Positions 36,997 to 46,100 of a DNA stretch of 62,145 bases are shown here, in pieces (the first letter of the stretch is position 1; every line of letters begins with the position of its first letter). The notes beneath the pieces were generated by a model. It worked only from the letters and a program-made list of their open reading frames with translations. It made no database searches and was not told the origin of the DNA. The position numbers and the translations under genes were made by a program. This DNA comes from a bacterium (GTDB lineage Bacteria; Patescibacteriota; Saccharimonadia; CAILAD01; JADZBC01), in contig JADZBC010000015.1 in the NCBI GenBank assembly GCA_020852295.1, positions 1 to 62,145 of the forward strand, written 5' to 3'.

Positions 36997-37065
36997 GTCT
37001 CCCCCTTGGGATCTGGCCGATTACTCGGCGTACTTCTGGAATAGAATGTGAGGTTCGTGGGTGCA

Positions 37066-37093
37066 ATTGTAACAGATTTTAGCATTTTTTCAA
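37066..37093 (-). promoter_or_regulatory. Promoter TTGAAA-N16-(TGT)TACAAT for the acyltransferase gene
   Basis: Plus strand shows attgtaaca at 37066-37074 and tttcaa at 37088-37093, in AT-rich DNA at the island edge. Confidence 0.5.
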
Positions 37094-37159
37094 GATCTTT
37101 ACTGATCTAGAGCAAGTTTTTTGGTAAAATGATCATTACCACTTTGGAGAAAAATTCAT

Positions 37160-38176
37160 TTGCTCGTAAAAAAATCGATTAAAAATAAGCTATTTGACAC
37201 CGATCATCTTGGAAAGACCCTCGTTCTCGGGATCCTGTTCATTATTTTCTTGAGTGTCGGGGTAAGCATCACCGCCTACGAATTGACGCGATCACACAAC
37301 AAACTTGGTCCGGCTGATGCCGCACCGCCACTCTCCAATAGCTACAAAATCGTGGCAGCGGGAGATCTAGTGTGCAACGAAATTGACGAGGGATACAACG
37401 GGGGTCGCGGTAGTGAGACCACCTGTCAGATGGAGGCGACGTCAAATATTGCCCTTGGTCTGCAGCCCGACGCCGTTCTGCTGCTCGGCGATCTGCAGTA
37501 CTACTATGGAGAGTATGACTACTTTGAGCGTGTTTACGACAAATCCTGGGGGCGACTCAAATCCATATCCTACCCCACTCCAGGTAACCACGAGTATGGC
37601 AGCCCAAACGCTGAAGGCTATTTCAAATATTTTGATGCCGCTGCCGGCGACCCACAAAAAGGCTACTATCGCTTCACCAAAGGTCAGTGGCAGATCTATA
37701 GCATCAACTCCAACTGCCAATACATCGGCGGCTGCCAAAAAGGCTCACTACAGTACAACTGGCTCAAGGCCGAGCTCGAAGCGAATCCAAGCAAATGCAC
37801 GCTCGCCTATTGGCACCACCCGCTGTTCTCATCGGGTTATCACGGCAATAACACCTTTATGCGCGACATCTGGCAACTTCTCGAAGAGCACAATACTGAG
37901 CTCGTACTCGCCGGACATGATCATCTGTACGAACGCTTCGATCCCCAAACCAGCCGGGGCAAGCTAGATGAGGAGAATGGGATCCGCCAGATTACAGTCG
38001 GAACCGGTGGAAAAAGCTTGTTCAGATTGCAACGTACACTCAAAAATAGCTTGGTGCGAGACGATAGCAACTTCGGTGTTCTCGAGCTCAACCTCAGCGA
38101 CATCGATTACTCATGGCGATACGTGGTGACCGGCGACCAGCCGCCAGCCGACAGCGGCTACGCGCTCTGTAAATAA
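37160..38176 (+). CDS. Secreted/membrane-anchored metallophosphoesterase (calcineurin-like)
   Basis: TTG start 9 nt after GGAGA. N-terminal TM helix. Motifs AAGDLVC, LGDLQY, GNHEY, WHHP, GHDHLYER. Confidence 0.8.
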   Translation: MLVKKSIKNKLFDTDHLGKTLVLGILFIIFLSVGVSITAYELTRSHNKLGPADAAPPLSNSYKIVAAGDLVCNEIDEGYNGGRGSETTCQMEATSNIALGLQPDAVLLLGDLQYYYGEYDYFERVYDKSWGRLKSISYPTPGNHEYGSPNAEGYFKYFDAAAGDPQKGYYRFTKGQWQIYSINSNCQYIGGCQKGSLQYNWLKAELEANPSKCTLAYWHHPLFSSGYHGNNTFMRDIWQLLEEHNTELVLAGHDHLYERFDPQTSRGKLDEENGIRQITVGTGGKSLFRLQRTLKNSLVRDDSNFGVLELNLSDIDYSWRYVVTGDQPPADSGYALCK

Positions 38177-38400
38177 CAAAAAACCAGACATTTAACCTGG
38201 CTTTTTGATGTTGTAATAATTACATTGGTGGAGCGAGTACGAAATAGTTGGCACAACCTGGCAGCTGAATCAGGGCATTGGAAGGAATTATCGAGTTATT
38301 ACTAATCGGACTGTTAACCAGAATTGATAGTGATAGAGATTAGTACGATATATCCGATTTAGATATGAGTAGTATAATTCTACTTAGAGGATTAAATATC

Positions 38401-39098
38401 ATGCCTAACAAACGTAAAATAGACGCAAAAAGCAAGAAAAAGTTACAGGCCATTAGAAAAGGCTATAAGAAAAAATAGGCACTGACCCTTCCGAGAGTAC
38501 CCTTGAGAAACTCAGTATCAAAGAACTCAACAGATACTATAAAATTGGCATAAAACGTAAAACCTGGATAATAGGTCTGGCTTTACTGTTGCTAGTTCTC
38601 GGAGTAGGCGGATACGTCTTTGCTGCACAAAATATATTCACTTCTGATAATCCGCCAATCAGTAGTGATACTCCAGATAAAACGAGTAAAATACCACTAC
38701 AATCAAAACCCTCTACTGGGTCCCCAAAAAATAGCAATGCGAATAGCGCCTATACCCCTGGAGTCTGCACCAAGACTGTTATCCCTTCAAAAACAATCTA
38801 CAAGGATGACCCCCAAGTAAACGAAGGAACTACTTATCTAGCTGTAACAGGACGAGATGGGTATAAGGAGACTTGCACTGCTGACTCAACTGGATATGTT
38901 ATACCTCCTAGTACTGTACCAGCTATCGATTATGTATATGTTCGCGGTACGAAGAAAGCAACACCAGCACCCTCCAACACACCAAGATATTCATATGCTG
39001 AGGTTATGGCTATTGCACAAAATCAATGCGCACAATATAGCGGTTCTAGTGCATACAACCAGTGCATTAATGCCGTTCTAAGGCAGTATGGATACTAA
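38401..39098 (+). pseudogene. Membrane-anchored secreted protein (G5-like domain) interrupted by a frameshift at an A6 tract
   Basis: TATAAT (38373-38378), AGAGGA SD and the ATG at 38401 open a 25-codon ORF that stops at 38476. The domain-bearing frame is open from 38469 to 39098 but has no ATG or SD before the TM helix. The frames differ by -1 at AAAAAA (38470-38475). Confidence 0.5.
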
Positions 39099-39148
39099 TC
39101 ACTTAGCTTGTAACAAAAAAGAACTTCATCAATCCCGAAGTTCCCTTA

Positions 39149-39536
39149 TGGTGGAGCTGCCGGGAATCGCACCCGGGTCCATCAGACCGTTCAGATAGCC
39201 AACTACAAGCTTAGTTTGCTTGGTATTTGTTTGAAAAGATCACGAGGCTTTAAGCAAACCAAAAACTCCGTGCGCTTTCCCTAGAGAGTCTTAGTGCTTT
39301 GCCCTAGGCAGCAAAACAAGCAATCAGATGTATTGACGCCCTCACCTATATCTGATGTCTAGATGAATGGACGGCATTCGAATTTAAGCGAATGCTGGTG
39401 CAAAAGTAGGCATGGCAAAAGCCGCGCGTACTTTGCTAGCAAGTGATTTTACACTTATTTGGGTTGGACAGCTAACGTGTATCCAGCCGGCTTGCGTCTA
39501 TCTGTCAAGTTACCGATGTCGAAGCTAAACAGCCCC
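39149..39536 (-). ncRNA. ssrA: tmRNA (transfer-messenger RNA)
   Basis: Minus strand starts GGGGCTGTTTAGCTTCGACATCGG and ends GGACCCGGGTGCGATTCCCGGCAGCTCCACCA (T-arm, acceptor stem, encoded CCA). An internal frame ending GCA TTC GCT TAA gives a candidate tag. smpB is present in the window. Confidence 0.9.
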
Positions 39537-39619
39537 AAGAGCCCTACTATAGCATATTTCGAGGCTAAATTCTAGATTGGACTTGGCAGCACATCTGCTT
39601 TACTGCCATAATAGGTCCA

Positions 39620-40639
39620 ATGAACAAGTTGCGCATCAATATCATCTCCGAAACGGTATTTTCTGTCCGAGGCCATGGTGTCCATACTGCCTATATGGAA
39701 AACCTCCTTTCCCTCAAGAAGCGAGATGATGTGATCGTCACGACCAATGTGCGCCGCCCAGCCGATGTTATTCATATCCATACGATTGGCCCATACAGCT
39801 TGCGCTTCTTGCTCTTTGGCGAAGCCAAGCTAAAATTCGTCTCTGCCCATGTCGTTCCCGACTCCTTTGTCGGAAGCCTGGTGGGTGCCCGCTACTGGAA
39901 ACCACTCTCGGCACTGTATCTGCGCTGGTTTTACAACCGAGCCGATGGCGTCTTTGCGGTCAGCTCAGAAGTAGTAACTGAGCTCAAAAAACTCGGCGTC
40001 AAAAAACCAGTCTATCTGGTACCCAACACGATCGACACGACACCCTACCGCGTCACGCCAGCTCAAAAACAACAGATACGCAAAAAAATTGGTATACCAA
40101 AAGATAAGTTCGTCATCGTAGCCAGCGGCCAGGTACAACCCCGCAAGCGCGTCGATAGCTTTATCGCAGCTGCCAAGGCACTGCCCGACATGGACTTCAT
40201 CTGGATCGGCGGTATTCCCTTCAAGGGCGTCGCTGCCAATCACCGCGCCATGCAGCGCGTCATGGATAACCATCCTAAAAACGTGCGCTTCACCGGCGTG
40301 ATCGAACATGACGATGTCGTACCCTACTACCAAGCAGCCGATATGTTCTTCCTACCTTCCATGCAAGAAACTTTTGGTATCGTTATCGTCGAGGGTGCGG
40401 CCGCTGGCCTTCCTGTCATGTTGCGAGACAATACACAGTACCGGGTCACTTTTGAGGACTGGTACCTGAGGGGATCAGATGATACATTCGTCAAAATCAT
40501 CAAGTCACTCGCACGCGACAAGACTGAATACAAAAAGTGGCAAGCGGCTGCCGCCCACATCGCCAGCAAATACGACGCCAGTGCCGGAGCCCAACAGATT
40601 GTAGATATCTACAAAACAGCGCTAGGAAACACCAAATGA
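39620..40639 (+). CDS. Glycosyltransferase family 4 (GT-B, group 1)
   Basis: 339 aa. C-terminal GT1 motif FFLPSMQETFGIVIVEGAAAGLPV. Confidence 0.85.
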   Translation: MNKLRINIISETVFSVRGHGVHTAYMENLLSLKKRDDVIVTTNVRRPADVIHIHTIGPYSLRFLLFGEAKLKFVSAHVVPDSFVGSLVGARYWKPLSALYLRWFYNRADGVFAVSSEVVTELKKLGVKKPVYLVPNTIDTTPYRVTPAQKQQIRKKIGIPKDKFVIVASGQVQPRKRVDSFIAAAKALPDMDFIWIGGIPFKGVAANHRAMQRVMDNHPKNVRFTGVIEHDDVVPYYQAADMFFLPSMQETFGIVIVEGAAAGLPVMLRDNTQYRVTFEDWYLRGSDDTFVKIIKSLARDKTEYKKWQAAAAHIASKYDASAGAQQIVDIYKTALGNTK

Positions 40640-41883
40640 GAATCGGATTTTTTACCGATAGCTACTTCCCGTGGGTCAATGGAGTCTCTGTCTCGGTGCG
40701 TGCTTTTGCTGAGGAGCTCGAGAAGCTCGGTCATGAGGTGTTTATTTTTTGTCCTGGCAGTAGCCGCGGCAACGAAAGTGAGCATGCGCACATCATACGA
40801 TTTCGGTCGTTTCCGAGTATCTGGCATGAAGAGTTTCGCGACACGATTCCGTTTAGCTCGAAGAACATCGAGCAAGCCAAGAGCTACAATCTTGACATCA
40901 TCCACGTACACACCCCGGCCCAGATGGGGCTGTTTGGTGCCCGGATAGCGCGCGAGACTGGCGTGCCCCTGGTGACCACCTACCATACTGACATCGAGCA
41001 ATATGCCGAAGTATACCGCCGTATCCTGATGGGCTTTATCGCCGGTGCGGCCTTTGGACCAATGGTAATGGGTGATATTCGCCTGCTGAAAGATACGCTC
41101 AAGACCATCACTCCTGAACGGCCAATCCGTAACTGGAACAAGAAAGTAGTTCGAGAGGGACTCAATGTCTTTCATGGCAACTGTGATCTTGTGCTGGCCC
41201 CCTCGGTCAAGATCCAAAAACTACTTAAATCCTATAAGACCCCGACAACAGTACGGGTGCTCGCCACCGGTGTCGATCCAGGTGAAGCCAAGCACGCCTC
41301 AAAGGCCAGCATCCGCAAACGCTTCGGTATTGCTGATGATGCGATCCTGCTGATGATTACCGCTCGGCTCGGCCAAGAAAAGAATATCCAAACTTTGATC
41401 GCTGCCCTTGCAAAAATAGTTATGCTGGAGCCACGTGTGCACCTTCTGATCGCAGGAACTGGCCCACACCACGACCTGTTCGTAGACCAAGCAAATGAGC
41501 TCAATGTCGCACAACATATCACCTTTGCCGGCCTCCTGTCTCGCCCCGACGTCTACGCTGCCCTGCGCGACGCCGATATCTTTACCTTCCCGTCTGTTAT
41601 GGATACTCAAGGCCTGGTCATAAACGAAGCTGCCCTAATGGGACTCCCGATCGTTTACGTTGACGAGGATATCTCACCAATCACAATCAATAAAAAAACT
41701 GGCTTACGCGCCCGTAACACTATCAAATCTTTGGCCGACACCATCATGGTGATGGTCAAGAAGCCTGCCCTGCGCAAACAATACGGCCAAGCTGCCCACG
41801 AAGCCGCAATGAATCTCACCATGAGTAAGCAGGCTAAACTGCTCGAGCACGAGTACCAGCTCCTCCTGGATTCTCAGAAATAA
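40636..41883 (+). CDS. Glycosyltransferase family 4 (GT-B, group 1)
   Basis: Start at MRIGFFTDSYFPWVNGVS (ATGA overlap with the upstream stop). FTFPSVMDTQGLVINEAALMGLPIV. Confidence 0.85.
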   Translation: MRIGFFTDSYFPWVNGVSVSVRAFAEELEKLGHEVFIFCPGSSRGNESEHAHIIRFRSFPSIWHEEFRDTIPFSSKNIEQAKSYNLDIIHVHTPAQMGLFGARIARETGVPLVTTYHTDIEQYAEVYRRILMGFIAGAAFGPMVMGDIRLLKDTLKTITPERPIRNWNKKVVREGLNVFHGNCDLVLAPSVKIQKLLKSYKTPTTVRVLATGVDPGEAKHASKASIRKRFGIADDAILLMITARLGQEKNIQTLIAALAKIVMLEPRVHLLIAGTGPHHDLFVDQANELNVAQHITFAGLLSRPDVYAALRDADIFTFPSVMDTQGLVINEAALMGLPIVYVDEDISPITINKKTGLRARNTIKSLADTIMVMVKKPALRKQYGQAAHEAAMNLTMSKQAKLLEHEYQLLLDSQK

Positions 41884-41936
41884 CTTTTCTGCCCTCACAA
41901 AAGTTGCTACCATAAGAACTAAGAATCAGAGGGCGG

Positions 41937-43031
41937 ATGAATTCAAATCCAAATCCAGCAGCAGACTTTCACCAGTCAAGAGCGTCAGTTGGTAGCACGC
42001 AGCCAGCTAGCGCGGTGCAACCTGCAATAAGCCAGTCGAACCCAGCCCCCCAACAGGTCAACCCAAGCGACTACGAACCGTTCGCCAAGAAGAAGCTCGA
42101 TCTCCATGTCGAACCAGCCGAACCGGAGATACGCAAAGATTACTTACACGACTACTTCGTACTGATTGCGCCCAAGCGTCACTCTCGCCCATTCGACCAC
42201 AACAAGATCGAAGATGAGCTTATCGAAACCGCGGCCAGCCCCAAACTCTGGGAGCAAACCCAGGTGATGTCTATCAAGAACGATAAAGGTCAATGGCGCG
42301 TTATGGTGGTTGAAAATAAGTTCCCCTCCCTGACACTCGACCAACCAAAAGCCTACGGCAAGCAAGAAATCCTGATCGATACCCCGCAGGCCAGCATCCA
42401 ACTTGGCGAACTTGACCTGGATCAGATCAAAACTGTCCTCAAGGGCTACGCCCAGCGCATTACTGACCTCAAGAAAGTGCACGATATCAAATATGTGCTT
42501 GTCTTCAAGAATGAAGGTCGGGCCGCTGGAGCTTCACTCGCCCATGCCCACACCCAGATATTTGGTCTCCCGATCGTACCTGACAAATTTGTTGAGGAGG
42601 CCAAAACGGTCCAAAACTATGTCATCGAACACAATGCCGATCCCTACGACAAGATCATCGAGTTTGAACAGAAGCAAAAAGTGCGCATCATCGAGGATGG
42701 ACAGCAGCTGCTAACCTTCTGCCCATATGCACCGCTGTGGGATATGGAGACCTGGATTCTACCTAAGCGTGCGGTTCGGAGCATCACCGAACTCAACGAT
42801 GCCGAGCTCGAAGCTGTCGCCAAGCAGTTTCAAAAAATTCTGGGCAAGCTCTGCGAGTACGGTGTGAGCTACAATTTTTACCTCGAAGAGGGCGTAAGTG
42901 AACATCACCGCTTCTGTATTAAGATTCGCGGTCGCGACGTCGTCAGCCCAATGGGTGGCTTTGAGGTAGCAACAGGTATGCGCATCAATACGATTCCACC
43001 TGAAGCTTCGGCCAACTGGTTCCGCAACTAG
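41937..43031 (+). CDS. Galactose-1-phosphate uridylyltransferase-like (HIT superfamily, GalT branch) protein
   Basis: 364 aa. HxHxQ-type active-site motif SLAHAHTQIFG. Low-complexity N-terminal extension of about 60 aa. Confidence 0.65.
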   Translation: MNSNPNPAADFHQSRASVGSTQPASAVQPAISQSNPAPQQVNPSDYEPFAKKKLDLHVEPAEPEIRKDYLHDYFVLIAPKRHSRPFDHNKIEDELIETAASPKLWEQTQVMSIKNDKGQWRVMVVENKFPSLTLDQPKAYGKQEILIDTPQASIQLGELDLDQIKTVLKGYAQRITDLKKVHDIKYVLVFKNEGRAAGASLAHAHTQIFGLPIVPDKFVEEAKTVQNYVIEHNADPYDKIIEFEQKQKVRIIEDGQQLLTFCPYAPLWDMETWILPKRAVRSITELNDAELEAVAKQFQKILGKLCEYGVSYNFYLEEGVSEHHRFCIKIRGRDVVSPMGGFEVATGMRINTIPPEASANWFRN

Positions 43032-43053
43032 GTTGGCGCTACCAACGAAAGCA

Positions 43054-43077
43054 AGAGCCCCTCGTGGGGCTCTTTTC
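43054..43077. terminator. Hairpin terminator between convergent genes
   Basis: AGAGCCCC-TCGT-GGGGCTCT followed by TTT. Confidence 0.7.
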
Positions 43078-43104
43078 TATCATGCAAAATACGTATCTGC
43101 TGGC

Positions 43105-46100
43105 CTATGATTTGTCGTGAAGTCGGACTTCGAAGGTGGCACCGCCCTGCAGACCACGCTCGTTGAGGGCAATCTCACCATCGTTCTTACCGAGAATAAG
43201 CTTAGCCAGGTAGAGACTGAGACCTTGACCCTCATAATCAAACTTTAGGGCACTCTGAGTGCGCGAGAATGGCTTAAACAAGCTATCTCGTTTCGCTTCG
43301 GCAATACCTGGACCATTGTCGCTTACGCGGATAAGTACTTCTTCGCCTTTGCGTTGAGCCGATACGACCACTCGGCCGGTTTTTTCTGGGGCAAACTTGA
43401 TTGCGTTATCGACCAGTGCGGTCAAGACGAGGTCAAGCATCTCTCGGCTTTGTCGTACCGAGAAGCCTTCGAGGCCCTGCAGTTCGAGCTCAATACCCTT
43501 GGCTTTAAGGCCCTTTGCGTAGGTCGTCTTGATGTCGCCAGCGAGTCCACCGAGGCTAAATGTGCTCTTCTGGAGCTTCTTGGCACTGCGTTCAATGGTC
43601 GAAAGCAGGTCTAGTCGAGCAAGTAGTGATTGTAGGCGTGCAAGACCATCTTTTACCTGTTTGTTACTCAGACCGCCGGTTGCGCTCAGATACTTACGAA
43701 GCGTTTCGACATCAGTATTCAACTCGCCAACCGTCTCATGGAGAAACTCATCACGAGTCTTCTCGAGTCGCTCAATCTGCTTGAGTTGGGCCTGCACGAG
43801 CGCAAGATCTTGCGCTGAATGCTGTCGATAGCGCTGAGAGCTCACCACAAACTGGACCAAGATACCCAGCGCAACAAGCTGAGTGATGATGTTGATTGCG
43901 GACAGCTGCAGCGTACCGGCACCGATAAAGAGCCAGTTACTGATGATAACAAGTGCTACCACCAGGCTAATTGCTACAATTACGGCTGGCCGCATCACGA
44001 TGCTCTTCGGCATATCTTCAGGAGTAATTGTACCGGCTGTATCTGCCCGCCCACCCGATAGGTTTGACGAGATGAGCTTGGCCTTGTCAGCAATGCGTTT
44101 GGTCATATCTTGCAGCTTCTTGGCGGTAGATTGAGGGATTTTCTTCGTTGTATAAAGTACATCAATTGCACCCTGGATGATAGTAATTGGGGTATTGAGG
44201 TAGTGAGAGGCCAGTGAGATAAAGTTTGTTTCATCTTCATTGATCTGTTGACGCTTCGTGAGTAGTTCGCGCAGGCGACGATTGGCCTGGATTTCGCGAC
44301 GAGCCTGCCAAACGAGACGGGCGGCAAGGACAAGCAGTAGGAAGAGCAGGAGCCATGGGAAGCCGAGCGCTGCTGGAGCTGGGATTAGCTTCACACCGCT
44401 GATGATACTATTGCCCACCTGACCCATGAAACTATTTGCCTTCGAGATAATATCAGCCACACTACCCTGCTCAATCACCACGCTGCCTGGACCACTCGAG
44501 GAGTTGGCTGATCCAGATCCGGTTGGAGCACCCGTAGGCTCAGTCGAACTATCTGGTGATGGGCTGAACGGAACTGGTGTCTCAACGATCGGCGAACCCG
44601 AAGGATCCCGTCTTTCTGGCGTCACAGTCACAACTGGTCCTGGTACATTCGCAATCACCGAGTGACTAGATGACTTCGATGGCAGATACCCTACATAGTC
44701 CCCACCGCGATTATTGCCAAGTCCGAAGCTGGACATGAAGAGCATGATATACGGCAAGAACATATCAGGATCACTCAGCTGCAGCGTGCGATCCACTGTC
44801 CTCGACTGCAGGTTGAGCATACGATACTCATAAGTTCCAACTGGCAACAATAGGTTTTGCTGACCCATGAACGGCTGCAGCTGCAGATTGAGATACGGCA
44901 TAATCAGATGCTGATCATCATACGACAGGCTTGGCTGGCCGGTGCCCAGTATGGAGAGAAGTAGGAATATTGGATTAAGCTCTTCCGCGGAATCCCCAAA
45001 TGCATTGCTTAAGTCAGCCCGATCGATATCGGTATAGATGTTCTGGATGGACGCCAGATAATCCGCCTGCTCCTGTTCATCGGCAAACGATGTTGGCACC
45101 GGATTCATCTCGATGGTGCCATAATTGAACTTAGCACTCTCAAACGCACCAGCCAACTCTGACGGCTGTGGCGTCGACGAGGCCGATGGTTCAGGTGAAG
45201 GCAAGGTTACACGACTAGCTTTAATACCAGATGCGTACAGCTTGCCGGTTGTCTTGCTCGTCGTAACGTTGAGCGGCAAGAAAAGAGCATCTTCTGAAAG
45301 CGCCATAAACGGAAGGGCTGAATCGGTCTGGCGAGTCTGAGTGTTAAGATTGATCATTGAGTTGCTACCGATCATTGTCGAGTAGAGGTGCTTACCATCT
45401 TTTGAGAAGTCAAAATCATTAAAACCAAAGAAAAATGGTGCATCATTTGGCACTATTTGTCCCATTGGTATTGGGTTTGCCGATGGCAGCCAGGTGTCTG
45501 TGCTACTATCGAGTACTGAGAAGCCAAGCCCATCGCGCACCCAGACATTGTTGCTCTGTGGTTGCGTCTTGATGTCCGCTCCAAAGAACATCGTTGCGAT
45601 AATATACATCAGCGCCTGGTCTTCATCTCCTGTTGATAGACCTTGCCCGATAGGGATCGGGTCAGCGTCAACCGTGTTGTGGACCAAGTCGATTGGTTGG
45701 AGGTATGGCTGAAGTTTGTAGCCTTGCGGTGTCGGCGCAAAGGTAACGACATAGGCATAAGCCTTGCCATCATTTGGCCCCATGCCAAAGCCGAGCACGC
45801 CAAAGGCACTATTGGCTTTCGTTGGCGACGGGAGTGGCGTGACCGTTGGAGAGGCTGACGGATCTGGAGTTGGGGTGTCGGTTGGAGTTACTGATGGATC
45901 CGGTGTCGTCGTATCTGTTGGAGTCGCCGAAGCTGAAGGCGAAGGCGCTACATACTGTGCATCGGCAATGCCATATTTATCAGGCTTGATCTTGATCGTA
46001 CCCGTCACCTTCTGAGTCTCAGTATCGATGATCGAGACGTCTGAACTGAGCTTATTAATGAAGTTCACGATCGACTGATTGCCCGTCACATCGTCACTAC

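Larger units (their letters stand above)
33745..37035. other. High-GC island 2 (four genes separated by AT-rich promoter/terminator spacers)
   Basis: Hand count 41/60 G+C for 34861-34920. AT-rich spacers at about 34440-34560, 35340-35490 and 35890-35945. Confidence 0.8.

Noticed and set aside
19395-37035. The high-GC islands as integron cassettes, a prophage, or an integrative conjugative element.
   Set aside because: There is no integrase, attC-like R/L core structure, transposase, capsid, terminase or conjugation gene. No target-site duplication flanks the 14-bp inverted repeats. Each gene has its own promoter, unlike promoterless integron cassettes.
33858-37044. Long plus-strand ORFs in the high-GC island (33858-34553, 34600-35475, 35836-37044), and similar ORFs at 19348-19818 and 20490-21098.
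   Set aside because: They are Arg/Ala/Pro/Gly-rich low-complexity translations typical of off-frame or antisense reading of high-GC DNA, and they lack start signals. The minus-strand frames have balanced composition, strong SDs and recognisable motifs (Wbl Cys motif, HX4D/EGTR).
38227-38250. TGGTGGAGCGAGTACGAAAT resembles the reverse complement of a tRNA 3' end.
   Set aside because: No complementary 5' acceptor strand (GGAGCGA), T-arm or anticodon arm can be drawn from the adjacent sequence.
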